Positions 18,708 to 27,673 of a stretch of 32,000 nucleotides of DNA are shown in pieces. Origin of the DNA: Promethearchaeum syntrophicum. Its GTDB lineage: Archaea > Asgardarchaeota > Lokiarchaeia > Sigyniarchaeales > Promethearchaeaceae. Location of the stretch: positions 1,860,001 through 1,892,000 of the forward strand of contig NZ_CP042905.2 of NCBI RefSeq assembly GCF_008000775.2. The letters are read 5' to 3'. Within the stretch, counting starts at the first letter, position 1. Each line of letters opens with the position of its first letter. Below the pieces are notes generated by a model that made no database searches, was not told the DNA's origin, and saw only the letters and a program-made list of their open reading frames with translations. The translations under genes and the position numbers were made by a program.

Positions 18708-19138
18708 TAATTAAAAATCTCCATTTTTTCTTTTTCTTCTATTTTTTTCAATTTCAAGATGTAAAACATAGGATTCGATTCTTCTAAACCCCATAAATTA
18801 AGAAATGCTTTCGGGGATTTTAACATAGAATTCGTAGTAGCACAATTATATCTCAATAATGCAAAATCAATTTTGTGGAATTCTGTCGGGATAATCTCAA
18901 CTATTTTAGCGGTACATACAACCTGAGTTTTTTTGATATAATTCAAAAATTCAGTGGTTTTATATCTAAACTCAATTTCATTCCCTATCGTTAAAAAATG
19001 GTATTTTTGCATGAATTTAGCAGGAATTATGTGAATAAACGTACGATATTCAAATTTAGTATAGCGTTCCTTCACTAAAAGAAAATTGATCTTGTTCTTT
19101 GCAGGGTTAGATCGATTTTTTATGATTAATTTCTGCAT
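18707..19138 (-). CDS. Member 2 of the three-gene paralog family
   Basis: It is collinear with the other two members (TFIHIIP..., AKIVEIIPTEFHKIDF, FLNLWG...NPMFYILKLKK). Confidence 0.45.
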   Translation of the reverse strand: MQKLIIKNRSNPAKNKINFLLVKERYTKFEYRTFIHIIPAKFMQKYHFLTIGNEIEFRYKTTEFLNYIKKTQVVCTAKIVEIIPTEFHKIDFALLRYNCATTNSMLKSPKAFLNLWGLEESNPMFYILKLKKIEEKEKMEIFN

Positions 19139-19599
19139 TATCCAATTAACTCCCGAAATGATTTTTGGTGAGGAAAGCTCACGATTTGATGTTTCCGAAA
19201 TTCGAATATTACCAATTTAGGATTCCCTTTCAGATTTTTTAGTTGTTGATAATCTTTACGAGTGTTAATCGCAAATTCGTGATTATCGATGTCAAATTTC
19301 AATTTTAATAATGGAATTTCGTTAAACCGCTTAATTTCCCGCTTGATTGCTTTACAATAGCCTAAATTCTCAAAAAAATTAGTCAATTTACTTTTATTAT
19401 CTACAATAATCAAATAATCTCTGTTTTGCTCATATGTATTCATTTGAGTTAGGGGAAGAATTACTGTGAATACATTATATCGTAATTTATCATATTTCTC
19501 TTCGAAATATAAGAGGTTTTCACTAAATTCTGTAGAAATGTACTCTAACTCCCGTATTTTTCTTTTTAGTGTGAAGGTTAATTGTTCCATATTTTTCAC
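19138..19599 (-). CDS. Member 3 of the three-gene paralog family
   Basis: VFTVILPLTQMNTYEQNRDYLIIVD, EIPLLKLKFDID and QQLKNLKGNPKLVIFEFRK parallel the motifs of the 115-aa member. Confidence 0.45.
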   Translation of the reverse strand: MKNMEQLTFTLKRKIRELEYISTEFSENLLYFEEKYDKLRYNVFTVILPLTQMNTYEQNRDYLIIVDNKSKLTNFFENLGYCKAIKREIKRFNEIPLLKLKFDIDNHEFAINTRKDYQQLKNLKGNPKLVIFEFRKHQIVSFPHQKSFRELIG

Positions 19600-19695
19600 T
19601 GATTTCTAATGATAGGATTCAATCTGACTCCATTCTAATGCATTTTGAAAGATTTCTGCTACAAATGACTGAGAAAATTAGAATTTCTACCTGCA

Positions 19696-19905
19696 TTAGT
19701 TTTCCCCTTCAGTTTTTGTAATAAATTTTTCCAGATATTTGCGAAACAAACCAGATACATTAATTTCTTTATGTTTTTTTAAAAAATTAAATTGGGTTTT
19801 AGTGATAGAGATGCTAATTATTTTAATATCCATATTAAAATTAATAGGGTTAATAAATTTAAAGCTTGTGACTTTTCTAGTTAATATTATGCAAGATTCA
19901 TACAT
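19696..19905 (-). CDS. Ribbon-helix-helix (CopG/Arc-like) DNA-binding protein
   Basis: KIISISITKTQFNFLKKHKEINVSGLFRKYLEKFI fits a beta-strand, helix, helix pattern. Confidence 0.45.
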   Translation of the reverse strand: MYESCIILTRKVTSFKFINPINFNMDIKIISISITKTQFNFLKKHKEINVSGLFRKYLEKFITKTEGEN

Positions 19906-20192
19906 TTGGAAGGAGTAAATGAGTTTTTATTTCAAAAACGACATAACCCATGATACTTTGCTTTTCTCTCAATCGCTACCATTTTTCAAGATTGAGAGAT
20001 TTCAAAACAGATTTGCAAAGAACAAAACTCGGCAAGAAACCTGAACTCAATTTACGTAGTATATCTCTATACATTACCAAATGATGATGAAGGTAAGTTT
20101 TGCAGGAAAGAATCAGAAAAATCTAAGGAAAAAAGGGTGGGTTGATTGCTCAACCTAAAAAAAAGTGGTTTTTTTATGGAAAAATGAGAAGT

Positions 20193-20888
20193 TTAATTTG
20201 TGAGTTGATCAGCAGATAAAAGACTGCTTTTATAATACTCAGTTCCTAAAGGACTGATTTTGTATAATCCTACCATTATTTTCTCAAGAAAGCCTAACTC
20301 AGCTAGTGTTTTCAAATATTTACTAACAGTAGTTCGAGATAAATGAGGGTATTTTTGCATTATTTCAGGGATTTCTAAGAGATGTTCATACACCATTTTT
20401 ATTGCTAAGTTATTTTGAGTGTCATGAAAATATTTTAAAATATAGTATCGATTCGGGATAGCTAATGTAATGTAAATTCGTGAATATTTCTTAAAAATCT
20501 CTTGTTGAGCCTGAGTATTTTCAAATTGCTCATTAATTATTCGTTCTTTTTCACTAATTTCTTGCTCATGCGTTCGATTGTATTCTTGTAATTCTAATAA
20601 ATCTTGCTCAAGAATCTCTTTCTCATTAAATGTTATCTCAAATTGCCCCTCAAGCGAGGTAATTCTCTCATTTAATTGATCAATCTCAGTTTTTTGCTTT
20701 TCATACACTGAAAAAATCTTAGCCATTTTGGGTAAAAATTTATTAATATCACAAAAAAAAGTATTTTCATTTTTGATAGATTTCGTTACGTGAAAGTAAC
20801 GTTTCAAATTTTGTAGTAAATTGCGATTTGTACCTATACTTTGCGTAATTTTGAAAGTATATTCAGGATGTAGAGTAGTAGTTTCCAT
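20193..20888 (-). CDS. Coiled-coil protein with a C-terminal winged helix-turn-helix domain. It may bind the origin or iterons, or act as a regulator.
   Basis: A central heptad-rich region (EIDQLNERITSLEGQFEI...LELQEYNRTHEQEISEKE) is followed by a C-terminal LSRTTVSKYLKTLAELGFLEK. The gene lies directly downstream of the 2.3-kb repeat-rich non-coding region. Confidence 0.55.
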   Translation of the reverse strand: METTTLHPEYTFKITQSIGTNRNLLQNLKRYFHVTKSIKNENTFFCDINKFLPKMAKIFSVYEKQKTEIDQLNERITSLEGQFEITFNEKEILEQDLLELQEYNRTHEQEISEKERIINEQFENTQAQQEIFKKYSRIYITLAIPNRYYILKYFHDTQNNLAIKMVYEHLLEIPEIMQKYPHLSRTTVSKYLKTLAELGFLEKIMVGLYKISPLGTEYYKSSLLSADQLTN

Positions 20889-22342
20889 AATTCTCTATGT
20901 AACTTAAGGAAACATGAGTATATAACAGTATGGATCTTCTATAATAATATAAACTATAGTTATCGCTTTAAATTTGCGATTGGTTTAGACAAAATATAGG
21001 TGTTTAATACTATACCACACTTAAAAACCACTAAAAGCCCTAAAAACACTGATTTTATTCATAAAATTGACTTAGATCCCTGTAATACTGATTTGAGGTG
21101 TATTTCATCGAGGATTTAACGGGTGAAAAAGTGGTTGAAATGAAGCATTTCCTCGCTTGAAACCACCTACAGACACTCCTAACACTCTACTTTGTTCAAA
21201 ACTTCCAAGCAAATTTTCTTATTCTATTCAGTCAGATAGATAGGGTTAGTGTATACTATTTTGGACAACGGTTCTAATAGTTTTTTAGGGTTATGAATCT
21301 ATTAAACATATTTATAGAATCTGCCAAAAATCAATTATCTCCAAAAATCTCGCTGATACCATTGCTATCCCTTTCTAGAGAGCCAACTGTAGAATTCCTT
21401 GTTCAAAAACTACGGAAGGACTGGGTATGGATTAGCAAGGTTTACGAAAGGCAGGTCTATCGCTGAGTAGATTGATTGAAAATACCTATATTCGATTAAA
21501 TTAGGTTGTAGGTTGGTTTAACACTGATTCTTTGTTTAAAACAGTTAATCATATAATAAAATTCATTCTAATGAATATTCCATGCAAATGCTATTTTGAA
21601 AACTCTCAACAGGGCTTGGAAACCCCTTAGACAAAAGAATGACACAAAAATACTCAAAGGGGGGGGTTGGGGTGTCCTACTGTTTGAGATTGAATGATTC
21701 CAGAGCAAATATTTACGGGATTTGAACGAACTTTCAGTATTAGAGAAATTGGCTATCGCTGAAAAGTGGTTCAAACGTGCTATATCGCTGAAAAGTTGTT
21801 CAAAGCATTCATTCAGATTGTTAATGGATTGAATTCAAAATTGAGAGAATTCTACATAGTTTGCAAAAATGGAAATATACCGATGATTGCTTAAGAAAAG
21901 GTCTATGATTCAAATAAGATTACTTGATTGATTCCCGTTAAAATGGATCGGATAGGAAAAGAAAACGTAAAAAAAACAGAGGGTGTGTGGGTTTTTGAGC
22001 CTTCCCGATCCCAAAAAATCAGATTTTTGTGTGAATTTAGTGTGAAATTAGATAACATTGTGAAAAAAGGAGGTTAAATTGACAAATTCGGGACTATTTC
22101 AAAGAAGAATTTGATAAGGAATGAAAACTTTACATGATCGAGGTAAAATCAACATTTATTCCATGTATTATTTTGTCTTTTTGGATGATATGTGAAAACA
22201 TATCTGATTTAAGCATCTTTACGATGCTCTTATTTTATCTGACAGCTTGTCAGATTGATGGAAAAAGTTGGTTTTACCTTAACTTTTGAGGATTTTTCCC
22301 AAAATGTTATAAAGAAAAGTAGAAAAAATAAGTTTGACAGGG

Positions 22343-22401
22343 ATTAGTGTTAACAGAAATAGAATTAGTGTTAACAGAAACTTAATTAGTGTTAACAGAA
22401 A
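22343..22401. repeat. Three direct iterons ATTAGTGTTAACAGAAA with an exact 21-bp period
   Basis: Copies lie at 22343-22359, 22364-22380 and 22385-22401. Each contains the palindromic octamer TGTTAACA. Confidence 0.85.
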
Positions 22402-22678
22402 TAAATGAATTCTACCTGCTATAATTATTTTTGAAAAATAACACTTGATTATTATTTTCTATTCCCTTTTCTGACCGCAATTTTCAACCCTTATGCAATG
22501 CGTTTATTCATGCTGAAGGCGGTCTAAAGCAGGTAAATTTTCTTGGCTTTTTGGTCTTTCCTCGCTTCCATGTGCAAGGCGGTGAGGTTGGCGGGGGATG
22601 GAGCTGGGGAGGGGATCTTTTTTTGGAAGTTTAACAGGATGGATTTGAAAAATCATAAATCAAATAGAAAAGTTGCAT

Positions 22679-23071
22679 GGTTACAAAACCAAATATATGA
22701 ATGTAACCTTTTTTGTAACCTTTTTTCTCGGTGAAAATAATCAGAATGTGAGTATCCTTAATATAATAATAAAAGGTTACAAGGTTACATTATATTATAT
22801 ATATACCCTCATGTGCATTTAGATACATTTTATTTTATTTTATCACGATCAAAAAAATATATATTTTCACCCTTCGTTACATGTGGGGTATATTTCTCAC
22901 ATTGTAACCTTTTTTGTAACCTCCCTTAAAATATCTACATCTCCATATTTTTGATTTTCATTTTTTGAGAAAAAACTGTTTTCTCAATTTTATTGTTATG
23001 AGGATAATTATATATATAGGTAACACCATTTTTTCAACATTTTGTAACCTTCAAAAAATTAGATTGTAACC
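22679..23071. repeat. GTAACC iteron field flanking AT-rich tracts, a candidate replication origin of the element
   Basis: TGTAACC occurs at ~22702, 22714, 22903, 22915, 23043 and 23065. The inverted form GGTTAC occurs at ~22679, 22775 and 22783. Near-pure AT stretches lie at ~22789-22866 and ~22940-23020. Confidence 0.5.
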
Positions 23072-23227
23072 TTTTTTTCACCCTTTCTAAAATCATCTAC
23101 AAGCAATTTATTTTAATCAGTTTTTTTAGGTTTTTTTGGAAAAAAGTTAGAAAAGTGACTGAAATTACTAAAATTACTAATTTATTTGATAAAATCTAAA
23201 ATATATTTGAAAAATAAAAAAAAAAAT

Positions 23228-26200
23228 TTAGTTTAGGAATTCTTTCACTAAAAAATAACCATTATTTTTAAACATAATAATTTCATTTGAAAGAAAATTT
23301 TGTATGGTTTCATTTAATATATCTTCGTTGATATTTAGAACTTCAAAATCATCCATTATAATTCCTGTTTCTGAATCATCATTTGTAAATTCAATTATTT
23401 TTTGTAAAATCTTATTTGTTTTCTTTTCCTTATCGAAAAATTGTCTTGGAGTTAAAATCTTAGATTTTATTTTTTTGGTAATTTCCAAATCTAAAATTTC
23501 ATTCTCTTCCGATTCTACAATTTCAGTTTCTTTAGGTTCTACTTTAGGATTTACTGAATCATTCTGATTATCATTTGATTCATCATCTTCAATATTTAAC
23601 TTACCTAATAATTTTTCAAATTTAGACCATGATTCACGAATACAACGCTGAGTTTTTCCATTAATTTTTACGTTTTTTGTTTTATCACATAAATCAAGAG
23701 TTCTTCCGAATTCAATTAATTTTGTAACTCCCGCAATTTCAAAATCTTCCATAATCCAAGAAGGAATTATTACTTCTTCATTTCTCATAAATTCTGGAAT
23801 TGATCCTTCTTTCAATAATATAAGATACATCTGAGAAGTAGTCATTTCTAAATTTTTTTCCACATACGCTTGTAAATCTTCACTTTCTTCTCTTTTTATG
23901 GATTGTTTTCTATTATGGTCTTTGAAATACAATCTTCTAATTCGTTGGATAAATTCATTTCTCAATTGGATATATAATTCGGGTTTTTCATCTTCTTCAT
24001 TTATAGATTCATACCATTCATTTTTTATCCATTTTGGCACTTTTAAATCTGCATACTCATACATTGCAGAAAGACATTTAATTGCAGTATCTCGCCATTT
24101 TAGTTCGGTTGCATCTAAATAATTACTTACATACCAATATCCCGCAAATTGACCTCCAAATTTAAGATTTTTTTCATTCTCAAAGATAAATTTATTGAAT
24201 TTAACTTCATTTTTCTCAATTTGTTTCTTATCTTCAAATGAGAATCCCATATATAGACATCTTCGATCAAAAGCTGGATCTGGATGTTTTAAATAATTCA
24301 TAGTAATGAAATAATTAGTTATTGCAGGATATTCTTGCCAATATTTTCCATTTCGTTCAAATCTTCCACCTGCAAATCTACTTTCAATATGAGATTTTAA
24401 AGCTTCTAAAACAAATCTATATCTTTCATCATAAATTTTAGAGATTTCTTTTAATTCAACTGAAAATCCTGTTCCACTTGCAGTACTTCGTAAACGTGCT
24501 TCACTCATAATTGAATTGAATGGTTTTTCTGATTCAAACCGATCCCAAATTTTTTGAATTATTGCAGAATGAGTCGTGCTTTTGCCTGTTTTTTGAGCTC
24601 CATGAGCCACAAAGAAAGGAATATTGTAATTTTCTATAAATCTTCCCTTCTTTCTCACGTATGCTGTTGGCATTGCAAATCCCCATAATAATTGAGTGGT
24701 AAATTTATGGGGAGCATGGGTATAAAACTGATCATGAATTGTATTTAATGCTTCGCAAGTTTTTCTAACATCATCGGGAGTAGTTGGACAAGAATCGCCT
24801 TTTTGCAAGAAAATATCTCCATTTTTGAAAGTTGGAATTTCTTCGATAAGATATAAACCATCAATCGTTAATTGAGTTTTTTTAATAATCTTTTCTCTAT
24901 TTATTTGATCAAGCCATAAACGAGCAAAAATACCATTCAATTCCTTTGTATCAATTGCAAAATTCTTTTCTTTTAAAAGTTCTGGAAATAAGTTTGCATA
25001 ATCCGATCTTAAAATTATTTTATCTGGATACATTTTTTGATTAGTGTGTTTAACACTAATTTCAAATTCAACCTTATTTGTTAATTTATTTGAAAATTGA
25101 TTTTCTTTAGTATAATAAAGGGGATTTGTATATTCTAATCCACTTTCCATTGAGCAATATGCAAGTATTTTTCCTTCATTAACAAATGAATATGGTACAT
25201 TATTCTCATTCACACCTGTAATTACTTTAACCAAATACATCATATTTTTTTCATGGTCATTATACAGATAATCCTCTATCTCTTTATCATCTGTAGCAGT
25301 TCTATTCAAGAGGATCTTATCAATTAACTCATTTTCATTATTTGATTCTTCTAATGGAGTTTTTGCATTATCTAATTGTTTTTGTTGTTCTTTTTCTATT
25401 TCTTGAGTAAATATTTTCAAAGCTCGTTTTTCATATATTTTATATGTTGTTGATCCGATTTTCTTCTTCTTCAATTTCTCTAATAAATCTCTTCTTTTAG
25501 CAAGATTCGTTTCAATCTCTCCATCTTTAACATAAAACGTAAAACGAATAATATTTTCAAATTCTTTATCAGAAGGTTTTTCAGGTAAATTATCAATCAA
25601 GAAATCTAAACCTTCTTTGGCTTTATTCACAAGATCTTCCATTAACATTTCTCTACCTTCATCATCATCAGCTTTTAAATAATCATCAAGGTCGATTTTA
25701 TCAAGATCTTCATCTTTCGGGATCTTTCCAATATAAGCATTAATTCCATTTCCCAAAAGATATTTTAATGTTTTTATTGAACCTGTTAAGCCCGGTGTGA
25801 TTGTTTTTCCTGTGTTTTTGTCAATTGTTACATCATTATCATTGATTACTACTACTTTTTCAAATCGTTTTACATAAGGAATTAGCAATTTGGCTTGTTT
25901 CTCTGAAAATTGAGTAGTAATTGGTGATAAACATGGATATTTGGCTTGAACAACACTCACCGTATCAAAAATTCCTTCAGTTATAACTAAAATGTTTTTC
26001 TCTTTAAATAAATGCAAAGAATTTCTTCCATATAGATATTGCTCAATATACTCTAATCCGCTTGTATATTGCTTAGCATACTTCATTCCTCTTTTTTTAT
26101 TTATTTTAGGATCAAATTTAGGTGATGAAAAATCTGGATCACTTTTGATAGTTCCCCATAAAAAGTAAATTGGGTTTCTATTCTCATCCAGATATGGTAA

Positions 26201-26992
26201 AACATATCGGTTATCGATAGACCATCCATGTTTTCCTGTTGAGTTTTTAAACCCAACCATTATTAATTCTTTTAGCGAATATTTTTTTTCCATAATGTTT
26301 CTGATAGATCTATCATGTAATCCGATTCGGAATTCTTCTATAGTTTCATTGGTGATATCACGCTGTTTTTTCAATTCATCATAAATTGGGGATTTTTTAA
26401 GATTTTTTTGACAAATTGTGGTGTAAAACTCTTGAATATCATTAATTTTTGACTTTTTCTCAATTTGTTCCTTAGAAATATTGTTAAATGGAAGTTTATA
26501 CTCCAATGCCATTTTTTCTATCGCATCCCATCGTAATGAGAGATTATTTTGTAATCGGTATAACTCAATTACATCCCCACTTTTTTTACATTTATAACAT
26601 CTCCATATTTCAGAATCAGGATAATATTTTGCAGATCTTCCTGTTTCATTACCATACTGAGGACACTCAAGATAATTGTTTTCTACTGAAACTAAATCTG
26701 GAATTTTGACTTTTTCCTTAATTATATCCCAAATTTTCTTTTCAGAATTGTGATGTTGATTTCTATTTGGTTTTTTTGCAGGGTGATCTTCCTTCTTTTT
26801 CTTTTTTCCATCCTTTTTTTCACCCACATGAAAGGGATTTTTAGGCGAACTTTTTTCTATTTGAATTTCTTTTAAGCTAGTATCTATTTTTCTCCCGTTT
26901 TGAAAAATAGTAGAGTCAGAATCCTTATCCGTCTTGGCAGAAAGGGGGGATTTTGACTCAATTTTCTTGTTTTCTGTTGTTTTGTTTGTCAT
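23228..26992 (-). CDS. Replicative primase-helicase fusion: DnaG-like zinc finger, Toprim domain and P-loop NTPase
   Basis: Zn-finger-like CPQYGNETGRSAKYYPDSEIWRCYKCKKSGD at nt ~26588-26665. Toprim glutamate in ILVITEGIFD and DxD in VVVINDNDV at nt ~25673-25993. Walker A GAQKTGKST at nt ~24575-24601. Confidence 0.8.
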   Translation of the reverse strand: MTNKTTENKKIESKSPLSAKTDKDSDSTIFQNGRKIDTSLKEIQIEKSSPKNPFHVGEKKDGKKKKKEDHPAKKPNRNQHHNSEKKIWDIIKEKVKIPDLVSVENNYLECPQYGNETGRSAKYYPDSEIWRCYKCKKSGDVIELYRLQNNLSLRWDAIEKMALEYKLPFNNISKEQIEKKSKINDIQEFYTTICQKNLKKSPIYDELKKQRDITNETIEEFRIGLHDRSIRNIMEKKYSLKELIMVGFKNSTGKHGWSIDNRYVLPYLDENRNPIYFLWGTIKSDPDFSSPKFDPKINKKRGMKYAKQYTSGLEYIEQYLYGRNSLHLFKEKNILVITEGIFDTVSVVQAKYPCLSPITTQFSEKQAKLLIPYVKRFEKVVVINDNDVTIDKNTGKTITPGLTGSIKTLKYLLGNGINAYIGKIPKDEDLDKIDLDDYLKADDDEGREMLMEDLVNKAKEGLDFLIDNLPEKPSDKEFENIIRFTFYVKDGEIETNLAKRRDLLEKLKKKKIGSTTYKIYEKRALKIFTQEIEKEQQKQLDNAKTPLEESNNENELIDKILLNRTATDDKEIEDYLYNDHEKNMMYLVKVITGVNENNVPYSFVNEGKILAYCSMESGLEYTNPLYYTKENQFSNKLTNKVEFEISVKHTNQKMYPDKIILRSDYANLFPELLKEKNFAIDTKELNGIFARLWLDQINREKIIKKTQLTIDGLYLIEEIPTFKNGDIFLQKGDSCPTTPDDVRKTCEALNTIHDQFYTHAPHKFTTQLLWGFAMPTAYVRKKGRFIENYNIPFFVAHGAQKTGKSTTHSAIIQKIWDRFESEKPFNSIMSEARLRSTASGTGFSVELKEISKIYDERYRFVLEALKSHIESRFAGGRFERNGKYWQEYPAITNYFITMNYLKHPDPAFDRRCLYMGFSFEDKKQIEKNEVKFNKFIFENEKNLKFGGQFAGYWYVSNYLDATELKWRDTAIKCLSAMYEYADLKVPKWIKNEWYESINEEDEKPELYIQLRNEFIQRIRRLYFKDHNRKQSIKREESEDLQAYVEKNLEMTTSQMYLILLKEGSIPEFMRNEEVIIPSWIMEDFEIAGVTKLIEFGRTLDLCDKTKNVKINGKTQRCIRESWSKFEKLLGKLNIEDDESNDNQNDSVNPKVEPKETEIVESEENEILDLEITKKIKSKILTPRQFFDKEKKTNKILQKIIEFTNDDSETGIIMDDFEVLNINEDILNETIQNFLSNEIIMFKNNGYFLVKEFLN

Positions 26993-26993
26993 C

Positions 26994-27641
26994 TTAAGCG
27001 GTCACCATTGTTCTTTTTATGGATTTAGCTTCCAAATCCATCTGTTTGTCCCAAATTGATTCAAAAGTATGTTTTAATTGATTTCTAATTTCATAAATTT
27101 GAATTTTGATCAGTTTTTCAGGTATTGTGGATTCTTTTTGGATCAAAATTTTGAGTTGATTGTAAATCAAATTTTGAGCATTTATTTGAATTCTTGAGAA
27201 ATGTTGAGCTAGTTGTTCTTTACTAAGACAATAAATATAGTCCAACAGTTCATCTTCTTCAAATAATTCATAAAAATCCAAGCTTTCCCCAATAATTTTC
27301 TGTGTATTCAAATTTAACACATACAAATCTTCATCGAGTGTATCTCCAATTTTGAGCAATTTTATTGAGCAATCAAAATGTCCGATACAACGTTCTCCTT
27401 CTTTTCTCAATTTATTTAAAATTTCATTATATTCTTCTATAGTTGAAATTTTTTCGGCTGGTGGAAGCTCGTAAGAGCCATTTCCTTCAATTTTTTCTAT
27501 GTTTTCCATAATTATAACCCAAGATTGAAAAAAGTCGAATGAAATGGCGATTATTAAGGTATTATTAGAATTTTTTAATAGAAATAAATCTGTAATATCT
27601 TTGAATGTAATAATTTCCATTTTTTCAATTTTTTTCAACAT
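26994..27641 (-). CDS. Hypothetical protein
   Basis: 215-aa ORF whose stop is 1 nt from the primase start. No motif recognised. Confidence 0.45.
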   Translation of the reverse strand: MLKKIEKMEIITFKDITDLFLLKNSNNTLIIAISFDFFQSWVIIMENIEKIEGNGSYELPPAEKISTIEEYNEILNKLRKEGERCIGHFDCSIKLLKIGDTLDEDLYVLNLNTQKIIGESLDFYELFEEDELLDYIYCLSKEQLAQHFSRIQINAQNLIYNQLKILIQKESTIPEKLIKIQIYEIRNQLKHTFESIWDKQMDLEAKSIKRTMVTA

Positions 27642-27673
27642 CTTTTTTTTCCCTCCTTTGATAAATAAAAAAT

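Noticed and set aside
22343-22401. A CRISPR array
   Set aside because: There are only three 17-bp repeats separated by 4-nt gaps, so there are no spacers. The unit length is far below that of CRISPR repeats. The repeats fit iterons or operators.
21568-22734. Track ORFs 21568..21774 (-) and 22543..22734 (+) as genes
   Set aside because: They are short, run across G/C homopolymer tracts (giving PQPPP and GDGAGEG), have no sensible start context, and lie inside the repeat-rich non-coding region.
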